Of a stretch of 64,000 bases of DNA, positions 25,400 through 37,700 are shown one piece after another. The DNA is taken from assembly GCA_001643675.2 (NCBI GenBank), contig LSRY02000001.1:992001-1056000 (forward strand). The letters are read 5' to 3'. This DNA is from Monocercomonoides exilis PA203 (taxonomy: Eukaryota; Protista; Preaxostyla). Each line of letters starts with the position of its first letter. Positions within the stretch are counted from its first letter, which is position 1. The notes beneath the pieces were generated by a model. It did no database searches. It saw only the letters and a list, made by a program, of their open reading frames with translations, and had not been told where the DNA came from. Made by a program: the position numbers and the translations under genes.

Positions 25400-27499
25400 A
25401 GAATTATCAATCAGCAAGAATTCAGATTGCGAAATACGTTGAGGCTGGGAAGAAGAAGAAGAGTAAGGGAATGAAGGAGAAGGAGCAAATGGTTGAGGAA
25501 TTGATTTCACCCTCTTTCAAATACGATTCTGAAAGAAGAAAATCATTCTTGTTGTTGAGGAGTGCACTTAGTGACTCAGATATTGCAGTTCTTATCTTCT
25601 CATTGGACTATGTTCCGCTGTGGCTGTTTTGCGCTGCATTCTGCTGAGGTGGAGATGCATATATTTTTCAGACTGTGGGTGGAGCATGAAATGGTGGGAT
25701 CGGTATGGCATAGAATTCGTACTGAGGCAATCAATGGATTCAGCAAAGGTGAGGATAGGAAAGAACGCAGTCGAGACAAAGTGGGCGAATGACCTTGTGT
25801 GCTAGGAGAAGACGGACATGAACACCAATCTTCTTCTTCTTCTTTTTCATCTCTTTCGTTACACTCTCCTTTTCTTCATCCTCTTCATCATTATCCTCCT
25901 CCGTATCTTCTCCTGTTCTTCTTTTTCCCAACAGCTGCATGCAGATTAAGCAAAGCACCATCAGTTATTATTTTCGCTATGTCAGTCGCCGTTGGTGAAG
26001 TCAGTACACCAACAAGAATCGATCCAACACCTCAGCTCAGCAAACGAAGCAACAGCTCTTTCTTTGTGACTGTCGGTTCGTTGTTCGCTTCTTTATCCTT
26101 CTCGTTTCTCTTCTCCTTCGCATCCCCATTCATCACACTTCCATCATATCCCCTCCGTGGCATTCCACCATATCCTCCATCTCATTTTCCTTCACCATCT
26201 CCTTCTTCATCCAGCCCTCTTCCTTCTGCAAGCGCCTCGATGATTTCCGACGCGTTGTTCCGCACAATTGCCCGTGGTGAGTAAATCAGCTCGACTAGCT
26301 CGTTAAACAGCGCCTTGCCGAGAGAGCTGGCAAACAGCTTGAACGACTTGTTGGTCAGCGAGAGAAGGATGGAGGAGGCCTTGCCGCTGTATTCAGCGCA
26401 CGGCGAGTGCAGCAGGCGGTGGATGGGCTGGAGAATGCCGTGGTGCAGGAACACGGAGTGGAACACTGCACCGTTAGTGATGAACTTGTTGGTCACAAGA
26501 AGAGAAGAAGAGACAAGAGGATTCCATCGGAAACTGAATGAGAGGATATTTGCGTATTTTTATATAATTATACGAATGAGCGAAAAAATTGAGGGGGAAA
26601 AGGAAGAAATAAAATCTTGTGAACAGAATCTCAATAAATATTTTCTGACAAACCCCATGAACCTGATCAATTGCTTTGCAACAGCATCATTCAGTAAATA
26701 ATGTTTTCTGCTTTGCAAAACAGTTGTAAAATCATTGCCATTAGTCCACCATCATAACTATTCATCATCATGAGAGAGAAAAAGAAAATTTCAATAAAGA
26801 TAAATATTTGAAAAGCAAAATACAGATTAACAAATATAAATGAATCAATTAATGAAATATATTTCATTTTATAGAAAAATTCAAATTTTCCATTCAATTC
26901 TGGTTCGCAACGTGGGTTATGGCGTTGAGTCCCCTCAGCCTGCGGATGTCGTCGAAGACGCAGACCATTAACTGTTCAACAGGAAACGCACAGCGCAGCG
27001 ATAATGGAACGTCCATCAACAGAAAAGCGCCACAAACGACACTGGCACACAGATTAATAACATTCTGCCGCTTCACTTTGAACGAACGTCCTGAGCTGTG
27101 CTTGATGGATGGGAGGTTGGTTGGGGAGGGAGAGGAAGAGGAATAAGAAGAAGAAGAGGAAGATGAAGAGGAAGAAGAAACAATATTTGACTGAAGAAGA
27201 TTTTATGTGTTTTTGGCTATACAGTTTATAACAGGCACGCTTGTCGCTGAACGAGAAAGTGAATTGATAGAAGGCGAATTTTGTGTTTGAAAATCGAGAA
27301 ATGAGGAAGATGGTTGATTGAATGAAGGAGGATTATCAGAAGACGACGACGAAGAAGAAGACGAAGAAAAAGATGCAGTTGAGGAATGCGAAATCAGTCG
27401 TTCGATATTTATGATGTTTGGAATAATTTGTATGAAATTGTTGATTGGCCAAAATGTCTTTCTTGATGTATAAACTTCAGATTGGTTAGAAAAATTCAA
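25400..27499 (-). pseudogene. Degenerate multi-exon gene with ARM/HEAT-like helical segments
   Basis: Coding-like blocks at ~26900-27499 and ~25750-26500 (HHGILQPIHRLLHSP..ASSILLSLT..LVELIYSPRAIVRNNASEIIEALAE) separated by AT-rich intron-like DNA; several in-frame stops. Confidence 0.5.
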
Positions 27500-27871
27500 T
27501 CACAAAATATGTGACGAACAGATTTTTGTAAATCAATAAAGCTGTATTTCTTCAAAGTCATTTTCCCTCTTTTTGTAATTTCCTCTCCTTTCCCCTCAAA
27601 AACAGAAAATGATAATATTTCTCAATTTCCATTCCTTTCCATTCAATCCCAAAAATCATCAAAAAATGTCAATCCCCTCCTTTTCTTCATCTTTCCCTGT
27701 CTCTTCCAAAATAACTTCTCCTTTCATAAACGATACCCCCATTCCATTTGAACACTTCAGAATATTCTTCTTCTTGCACACTTTTGCCCTCTTTTCTTTC
27801 TTTTCAAAATCCATTTCTCCAATCAACAATAATCATCTTCTTTAACATCTCCAACAACTTCTCTACATATT

Positions 27872-28114
27872 TGTCAAAATTTTTTTGAAAAGTTCCTTTT
27901 GTTTAATTTTCAAATACAGAAAATTTTTCATATTTTCATCAAATTTCTGTTTTCACTCACCAAATTTCACTATCATGATAATAATATCTTGATAATGTTT
28001 ATTTTTCCATTCTTGAAAAGTTTTGTGAGTGGGAACAGAAATTTGATCGAAATATGAAATTTTTTCTTTAAATTGAAAATTAAACAAAAGGAACTTTTCA
28101 AAAAAATTTTGACA
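27872..28114. mobile_element. MITE family 1, copy C
   Basis: TGTCAAAATTTTTTTGAAAAGTTCCTTTTGTTTAATTTTCAA...TTGAAAATTAAACAAAAGGAACTTTTCAAAAAAATTTTGACA, with near-perfect terminal arms. Confidence 0.9.
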
Positions 28115-29761
28115 TTTACTATATTATCTTCTCAGAATCTCCACCTGTTCCTTCCCTATCTTTTTGTCTCAGAATTTCTTTCATTCATAAATCATTCTTG
28201 AAATATAAACATTCAAAAAACCAATCAACTCCCACCATCTGTCACAAAAAACATTCTTCCATCTCTTCTCTGCCCCATATCCCTCATGTGCAGGGTGTTT
28301 ATGAGATTGACTCAATTACTTCTTTGGGTGGTTGAAAATATTATAAAAGGAGATGATCATGCCAAAAACTGAAAAAACCCCTTTGGATATCCATCACAAT
28401 GTGTACGGGCTGAGAAGACCCTCCAGAGAGATACACGATGTATTTTGTGGAGAAGGATGCAATGCTGTATTCAGCCATTCTGAGACAGAAATGAAGAGAT
28501 TTATTTTTTGAATGATGATGGATGTGGAAATGAGTGTGCTTGGTGAAAAACGAGCGAAGTTCAGTTTGGTCTTTATTTATTTTATTTATATGAATATTTA
28601 TCTGTTGACTGTTTTTGTGTTGTTTTCAGGGCAGGATGTGGAAAAAAATGAAAATGAGAAAAAGCTTCATATCTCGTTGTGCAGGGTGACCACTGAGTTG
28701 GGAGAGCGAATTCATATGGAAAGTGTGCATGATGAAGGGATTGGGAAGGGAATTGGAGATGATATTTTCAGACAAAAAACAATCTATTTAAAATCGAGAA
28801 AGATTAATGCAACTCACAAAACACAAATTTTAACAATTTCAGAAGATCAAGAAATTGAAGGACATGTTGGAGAAATGACTTCTGGAAAAGATGGATGATG
28901 AGTCAGATGATGAAACGCTTGATAATTGAACATTTTCATTTTATTTTTATCGATTTCGACCTATCTTATTCTATTTTTTTTTCAAAAATATTATTTAACT
29001 GTTCTTTTCTTAAGATATTGATTTATATTGTTATCTCAATTATTGTTATCATGTTTATTTATTCAGAAAGCTTCAGTTTTGTTTTGTTTATCAAATTATC
29101 GAAAAATTTTTGAAGAAATTTTATCAATTTCTTAAAATATGAAATAAAAACTATTTGTTTCAAATAAAAATCAACAAGCAATTAATAATAATAATATTTA
29201 AAGCAATACATTTGTATGATCATCGCTTTCCTTTTTCCAATCAATAGAACCCTTAATTAAATTTGTTTTTGATCAAACATCGGAATTTTTTTGTATCAAA
29301 AAAAATCACCCATTTGGATCTTTGCAATTTCCATTCCTTTGATCTGCAACTACTTCTTTTCGAAAAAGCGATGAGAAAGAAATGAAGGTGAACAAATCAT
29401 TAACAGGGAAGAAGAAATTAAGATCGAATTTAAGGCTTTATTCTTCTTTTGCAAAGTGTTGGTGAAAAGAAATGAAAACGAACAGACGGATGAAGATGAA
29501 CCTGAATATCATGTTTTGGAGTTTATTTTTTCTGAGTTTAATGAGAAAGAGCCAAAAAACTTTATGATTTTTTTTCTATCAAAATTATTGCGCGGGTGGA
29601 GGCAGAATCTGAGGAAGATTCAATAAAAATAGCAGATAAAAGCGAAAATGCGGCGAAAAAATGCTGAAAGCAAGAAATTTTGAGAAATAGCTTTGAGCAA
29701 TAATAGGGTTATTATTTTCTCCTGACCCTTTTTCAATATTCTGACACAAAAAAATGAAGTG

Positions 29762-31377
29762 TCAAAAGTTCAAAAAACAACGTAAATAAAAGCAAACAAA
29801 ATCAGAATTAATTCTTCTGATAACTTTCCTTTTTCCTTCACCTCGATTTAATGCATTATCTTTCTTTTCATCTTCATAATCATCGTTTTTCACATGAAGA
29901 AATTTTCTTTTTATTTTTTTCTTTTCATCCACAAGAGTCTTCACATCATTTTTCTTATTTTCATCCATTTCATTTTTCCTTTCAATATTCATTTTCAAAT
30001 GATTTTCCCATTTCTCAAAAAGATTTTCATCATTTATCACTTTCCCATAAAAGTTGTATCTATTTCTGCGGGATGGAAGAGGATAAATAGATAATTCGTG
30101 CAGTTTCAAAAGAACTGGCTCAGAAGAATTATACAAAACACCAATGAAAGCAAACGCATTATGAATAACAAAAGGTGATAATGATAAATAGATGACTTGA
30201 CGGAGAACGTCTGAAATTGCAGCTCGTTTTGAAGAAGATGAAGAGGAAGGTGAAGCTTCAAATCTGTTTGTCGATTCGGATTTGAACATAGCAAACACTC
30301 CTCTGTCCAGTGGTTGACAGATGTGTGTGCTGTGTGGCACGAAGGTTAAAACGTCGACTTGTTGTTTTTGGAATTCTCGCCAGATCGATGGATCTGCGCG
30401 AGATGCATGAGAATCAAGAAGGAAAAGAATGCGTTCGTTTTTGAGTGTTATACACTTTCTTCTTTCGATGACAGAATGAAAAAGATTGGTGAGAGCAAAC
30501 ATTTTCAATCACTCATTGTCCATCTAGCCACTTTCATTTACCCATATCTCAAGTGTTTATGACAAAAGGCTTTTCAGCTCTTCTGGCAGGTTTGCGCTTG
30601 ACCATATAATAATGGAAGGAAAGGCATATTAATAAGCTGCAACAGCTGCTGCGAATGTTGAGATGATCATTCTTGGTAGTTCTTTCGTAAAACCTGCTTT
30701 TGTGTCAGCTGGATGCACAACAAGCTGTTTTGAATCTGTAAAAAGGCATGTTGTCGATTCATCAATATTAACAATCAGTGCCAAATTTAAATGGAACTTT
30801 TCATGCATCTCGTCAAATGTTTTATACCAGGGTTTAAAAACACTTTTTCACGAAACAGCCAATCTGTTAATGTCCAGATTCTTCGGCGTTCCAGTCTTCA
30901 GCTCCGGATGACGCTTGACAAAGCCATACGTGGCAGACATTGAAACTTCTTTAAATGGAGAGTCTTCGTCATCGTTGTCGTTTATAACATTTTCTATCTG
31001 AAAAACAAATGATTAAAACATATAAATAAAAATTAAACAAACCAATTCTTTTGTTTTTTTAACGTTAAACATGTTCCAGACTTTGCTTCAATATGAATAA
31101 CGACTTAAACTCTTTGTTCCTTTTCGCCAACAACTGCTGCAGGTCTGCCAATTTTTCCAACCAGCCTTCCTTCTCTGAGAGCTCTCACAGCATTTTTTAT
31201 TCCAGTGCGACCAAATTCCTTAGAATTGATAGCATCAGTTATACGAACAACTCCATCTACAACGATGTGAGCCATTCGCTCCAGCCGACTGTTGTATTTT
31301 CTATACTTGCGCGAAGACATTGCTCGATGTAATTTTTTCTGACCTTCTTTTAATTTTGTTTCTGTCGATATTTTCAT
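29762..31377 (-). pseudogene. pogo-like DD35D transposase pseudogene (TIRs not found)
   Basis: GKIGRP motif, intron 30998-31042, IVNIDES (D1), FLLDSHASR (D2), HICQPLD (D3); stops and frameshifts. Confidence 0.88.
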
Positions 31378-31405
31378 TTTTCAAATAATATTTTTCAAGA
31401 TCATT

Positions 31406-33905
31406 CCATCGTTAAAAAACCCGGGAATTTTTCAAAAACCCGGACTTCATGAAAAAACAGTTCATGATTATCTTGTCAAAAAGCATTATCAATAATTGCA
31501 TTATTTCTCGTTGTATATTATCATAAATCCATAATCAAAAAAAACAAATCACATTTCATTGTTATTGAATATGCGTTGTTAAATTAATTAAATTTTGAAA
31601 TATATTCATTTCTCAAAAAGAAATTGAATTAAGCCTTCTCCAATTATCATATTTTTCATTTTCACAATTTTTCGACACTTTGATGATTTCTTTTTTTTGA
31701 AGCCTTAACAAAAAATCAAAATTCAAACTCACTTAAAAAAAACATTATCAAAAATCAAACCCAAATTAATGGCTGTTTCAAAAGAATTGAAGTTTCTAAA
31801 TTTTAGAAAAAAGTTGGCAACTTCCGAAATGAGAAGATAAAAAGCATCCCAAAAAATATTTGAACTGCGTAAGGATCATATAATAACAAGAAAAGTGGCT
31901 GTTGATTCTGGTACAATATCAAATGGCTCATGGTACAGAGGAATAGCGGCAGAGAAGCAGAAAAGGAAGGCGGGAGTGAACGGAAGACCTCCGATAATTA
32001 AGCCAGATTTAATAGAAAAAATCGAAAACCAAGTTATTGTTCATCTCTCAAAAGGTGAAACAGTAAGAGTTAAAGACGTGCACAAAATGGTTTATGTTTA
32101 ATTTTTATAATAAAAATTAATTTTTTTATATATTTTTAGATTGTGGAGCATTTGGAACAATCCTCAAAAGACGAAGAAGCGAAAAAAATACCAAGTTTAA
32201 CAGCCGCATACTATGTTATTCAAAAAAGTTCAATATTGAAGTCAGCTGTTTCAAAGCAATTGGACACTGCAAAAATATCTTCCCAATCTTCTGATTCCGT
32301 CAGAAAGTGGTTTGATGAACTTTCGCAGATTGTGAATGAAAAAGAAATAGTTCCATCAGGTATCTTTAATTTTGATGAAACTTCACTTCATCTGGGTGAA
32401 GATTCTTGCAAACTTGTGGTATGTCTGCAAAACCAGAAACCTCCTTCGACTCCTTCTCCGAAAAAGACTTCTAACACGACATTGTGCTTATGTGCCTGCG
32501 CAGATGGCTCATGTTTGTCATCTTTTCTTCTTTGGCCTGCGAAAAAAATTCCAGTGGAATTTCGTATGCTTTCGTCGTTCAACATAAATTATATCTTCGC
32601 ATCTTCAGGATGGATCACTTCAAAAATCTTCGAAAAAATTATGCTTGATTATTGGCTTGATAATATTGAAAAAAAGATGAAAGATGGAGGAATGAAATTT
32701 GCATTGTTCCTGATGGATAACCATTCTTCTCACAACAGTGAAGCTGTTGAAATGGTTGCAAAAAAGAAAAACATCATCATAAAAAAGTTTCCTCCGAATT
32801 TAACTCATCTTCTCCAACCGTGCGATAATTCAATTTTTGCACGGTTCAAGAAAACATATAATAATAGCTTCAAAGCTCCAACTGATCATTCTTCTGCAGC
32901 GTTTCGCTCAGCCATCTTCGATATTCTTCCAGAAGCTCTTTCTGCTGCGGTCGCACCTTCAAATATTAAGCATGCATTCAGGCAGACGGGCGTTTGGCCG
33001 GTCAAAGCTGCTCCGGTTCTTGAAGGAATAAGTGGTACACCTGAAAAGGAAGCATCATTAAATGACGATGAGAATAAAGAGCAGCTGTTTGGAAAGTTTT
33101 CTCCAAAGAAAAAGAAAATTGAAGATGTAAAAAAAAGATATGGTGAAAATGAATCTATTCAAAAGATGAAAGAAATCAACTGTGCTTCCATTCTTCGAAA
33201 AGAAAAAAAGAAACAATCGAGAGAAGATTTATTGGATTTGAAAAGAAAAGAAAAGAAAGAAGAGAAAATGGAGAAAAGAAAAGGAAACAGTTGCAGGAGA
33301 AAAAGCGATAAAATGAAATGGAAAAGAAAATGCATGAGGATCGAATATGACGACGATGCATATAACAAAAGAAAGATATCGAAGATATAACAAAAATTCT
33401 TCAGGCAATTGTTCATTGGTTTGGACGACAAACAAATGCAACTTAATCAAATCCTTGAAAAGTGCATTTATCATGAAGAATATCTTTTTATATTCGTTAT
33501 TCATACAACAATTGTTTTCTCATTTCAGAAAAGTCTGATAAAATAGAAATAATTGAAGTTTATTAATTCGTATTAATGTTTGTGGCATTGAGTTTTGAAT
33601 ATAAGCAATTTTATTTGCGAACAAAGACAAGTTGCATGGAAATATTAGAAACAAACAACAAATTCTAACTTTCGATTGCACAAAGCCAAAAAGCAGTTTG
33701 AATTTCTTCTATGATTAAAACACACAACTCAATAAATATTGAACGAACAGATACGATTTCAATTGACGAATGAATCATACCTGCTTTTATATTGGTTCGT
33801 ATTGCGGAAATCATACAGGAATTCTTGTTTTGAATAAGTTTGAATGCAAATTTAAAAAAAGGCTTCTCCGGGTTTTTGAAAAATTCCCGGGTTTTTTAAC
33901 GATGG
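31406..33905 (+). mobile_element. pogo-type DD35D transposon with perfect 39-bp TIRs
   Basis: CCATCGTTAAAAAACCCGGGAATTTTTCAAAAACCCGGA (31406-31444) has its exact inverse at 33867-33905; right flank TA, left flank TT. Confidence 0.95.
31769..33390 (+). pseudogene. Near-intact pogo-like transposase (single premature TAA at codon 24)
   Basis: ATG 31769, in-frame TAA 31838-31840, GVNGRPP, intron 32090-32139, then an open 416-codon exon with IFNFDETS, LMDNHSSH and HLLQPCD (DD35D). Confidence 0.9.
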
Positions 33906-33940
33906 TAATAATTTTTTTCTTTTTTAATAACAATGAAATG

Positions 33941-33980
<40 letters not shown>

Positions 33981-34748
33981 GAAAAAATAACATTTTTGAC
34001 AAACTGAAGGTTTTATGCCCCATGTGACCCTCCAATTCCACACAGAAGTTCAAGGAATGGGCCAAACTCCCCATCTCCCACCATGCGAAATTGGGTTTGT
34101 TTCAAAATGTATTTAATTTTATCTGTTGAATTCATATATATACTTAAAATTCTTTTCAAATATGAAATTGTGTGAAAAGTTAATGATTAATTAAAAAAAT
34201 GGTCTTGATGAAATTATAACCCTAAATTCAGTTTCATTATATAAACGGATTCTTTATAATTGTGAAAGAAATAAATATACAACAGTAACTTTTTAACTTC
34301 TTTGTGGCTTGATCTTTTCCATTTCGATGTTCAGTCCGAAATTACAATCATTTGAATATATTTTCATTTGACACAAAACAAACTTTTTTCAGTCATATTT
34401 TTAGATTGAATTTTTGCTTTTCAAAACGAGCATTAACGCATTGCTCCAAAATAAAATAGTTTCTCCAATTGCTTTTTCATGTTTGAATTTAACTCGTTCT
34501 AATTTGAATTGTTTTTAATGAAAAAAGTTTTTTAAAGTCAGCTAAAAAATCATCTTTGCCCTGCTTTTAAAATTAAATTCCAAAAATTAGTGTGCTCTAT
34601 TGTCATTCAACTTGCCATCATACTAATCTCAAAACTCAATGAAACGAGTTTTCGTTTTGATCAAAATTGAGGCAAATATGTTGAAACAACTTTCTTTCTT
34701 TCTCACACAGTTTTCATACATTGATGATATTTCTTTTGCCTTCAGCTC

Positions 34749-37700
34749 TCATCCCTCGTCAAACTTGCCTTTCGTTTCATTCACTTCAAGTTTCCATTCC
34801 TTTTCACACTCCTTGCTCTCACCGTTTTCTTCCTGCTCTTCACTGCTTTCCTCAAGAATGATTGCATCTGCCATCGTCACAACAAATGTCCCAGAAGGAA
34901 ACAGTCCAACAAGCTCTTTCTTCACTTCAGCGAGCGTTGGTCTTTTCGATGCCTCTGCTGACAGACACGCATCCACCACATTCTTCAATCCACTCTCTTC
35001 AATCCCCATCTCATCTGGCTTCTCTCCATCAACAATCTTCTTCCCCGCCACCTCTGCCTCGTATTCTCCAAATGGGATCTGGAGTGTCAGACACTCCCAC
35101 AGCATCATCCCAATCGAGAATGCCACTGACTTCTCTGTTGCACCCATCTTCTTGTTCATCACCAGCTCTGGCGCCTTCCATCGCAAACACTCTTTTTTGA
35201 AACTATCTTCATCCTCAAAGGCAGATGAGGGCAGAAAGTCATCATCATCATCGCCACCACTGGCAGATGTGACAATTGTTGATGATGAGATGGAAGAAGA
35301 GTCAGAATCATCAGATGAAAAGGAGTAGTTTGCGTTGAGGGCGATGCAGATCAACATGTGCTCTGACAAAAGCACGATGTGCGGACTCAGGTCTCGCAAA
35401 GAGGGAAGTTCGTCTTCCTCATGTTCAAGCGAGTGCAAAGCCCCATTCGCCGCCCAGAACAGCATCTGCGCTCCGGTCACCTCTCTCTCCTTTAGAGTGC
35501 CAATCGCCATTTCTTTCTTCTCATTCCTCCCATGAAGCAACATGAACAGAGAATCTCTCAAATCCACAATCAGCTTCTCATGAGGCGATGAGCAGGCCAT
35601 TGCATCCACCAGATTTGACATTGACGAGGTGGTTGGGCACAGATCCTCTCCTCGAACAAATGTTGAATCTGAATCAGTTGAGCATGTTGAAGATATTGAA
35701 GGTGAAGGAGTTCTTTTTCTTGTCTCTTCTTCTTCAACCTTCTCCAGCATCCATTCTGGAATCTTGTCTGAGTCTTTTCCCAAGATATATTCAGTGGAGC
35801 CACTCTCAGACAGCAAATGCTCCGATGACTCCGAGTGTCCCAAGCTTTTCTCATACACCCTCTTCTTGATCCTCTCCTCATTCTTCTTTTCTGCCTCCCT
35901 CTCTGCTCTCTTCCATTGTTCCTCAGGCGACATCTCCATCGTCATCATCTCAATCAGCTTCGGATCCTTCCTCACTGTGTCATTCACAATCACTTCCAGC
36001 TCTTCGGTCCTTCTCTTTTGCTTTCTCCATCGAACAGCCAGGATAATAGATACAATAAGAACAATCAACAATAAAATAACAAGCACAATCACAATCAACA
36101 ACCAATAAGATTTCCGTTCTTTTCTTCCTTCAACAAATTTTTCATCTCCATTAATCTTTGTTTCGCTTGCATTCTTCAGTATGAATGACTGTGTCGAAGA
36201 AGGAGATTCCACATAACCAAACATTAAATATACAGTCACCTCTATTTCCTCTCCACAATTGCTGAGGAGATCCTTTGCCACACTCCCTTCTGCTTCTCTT
36301 TCTGATAAAAACCCATTTGAATCAAAATCATGTTTTTCAATCTCTTTCTCTTCTCCTTTTCTCTTCACAACTGAGAATGACAGATTGCATGGAACAAGAA
36401 GCGATCCTTTGAATGTAAGCTTCATTCTATTTGTCTCTTCTTTTGTTTCCACGCTCTCCAGAACAGGAATGAAAAACGATGAATCCCTTTCTGAAACAAT
36501 TCCATCAAAACTGCACCCATCATTCAACATCCACAGTGATGAATTTGGCAAAACTCCATCTCCTCCTTTCAAACTCATCACTTTCAAAGATCCAGAATCT
36601 GAGCAAATGATATTTTTTCTCAATGATGGATACTTTTCAATGAAAGGATTATTATTCAAAAACTCTCCTTTCTCAATTATCACATTTCCTCCACTAATTG
36701 TTATTCCACCTTCTGGTGAATTGGTTATTGTTGCGTCTTTCATCATCACAGAACTCTTCACAGCATCCACAAGAGATCCAGACCATCTGCACATCTCTTC
36801 TTCTGTATTTGAATTCTTCTCATTTCTTTCCTTTGAACTCCCATCAAAAATGCAACTATCTATTTTCATATCTGTGCAATTCTCCATTTTCATCACTTTT
36901 CCTTTTGTGGTCTTTGAAGTTGTTTTCTCCATTGTGCAATTAGTCAATTGAATTGTCTTTTTCATTGACAAGCAAGATATCAATGTTTCTTCATTTCCTT
37001 CAACAGTGATATTTTCTGTATAGAAATCTTTGATTGTTAATTGTCCACATTCATTAATGCTTATCAGAGAAGTTTCTATTGTTGAATTGCAAACCGTGAA
37101 TAAATAAACCACTGATGAAAGCGGTGATGAAAGATACAAAGCTGATTCACGAAGTATTAGATTTTTCACTTTGAATTCCATAAGTTGTAATTCTCCTTTT
37201 GCCACATCAAAAATGTGAAATGGAATATTTGCAAAATTAACATTTCCTCCTTCATTCGATTGCTTTGAGTCAAATGAACAATTCATAATTTCAAGAATTC
37301 CTCCTTCTGGTGATATCAGTGATTCGTGAAAAGAGTTGAAAAACGGATCAAACACAAAGTTCACTCTCAGCAATGAAACTGATCCATCTGTTGCCACCAA
37401 AGTCTCTCTTGTTCCTTCAATCCCCGATTCCACTTCAACTTTGCACATCTCTCTGCTCTTAGAGCTCGAACTCATTTCCTTCAAATTGATCTCTTCACTA
37501 ATCACACTCTCCTCAACAATGAACATCAGACTCATGAAATCTGAAGTCAGATGCATCAGTCCATAATCAATCGAATGACATGGAAGAGCATTTGTTCCAC
37601 ATTGCCTCTCATCCGATCCATTCACACTGCTCACAATGATCGTGTCGCTCTGGTGAATCGTCACAAAATCAATCAGATCTGTATCGATTTGATGATCACA

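Noticed and set aside
27560-29700. Purine/pyrimidine-skewed fragments that may be relics of the surface-protein family, and a possible lone TIR near 29700
   Set aside because: There is no convincing alignment or partner repeat by eye.
10762-33390. In-frame TAA/TAG in transposases suggesting a reassigned genetic code (TAR=Gln occurs in some oxymonads)
   Set aside because: Host genes end in TAA (1322, 2397) and TGA and have long stop-free ORFs. The TE stops include all three codons plus frameshifts, which indicates ordinary decay.
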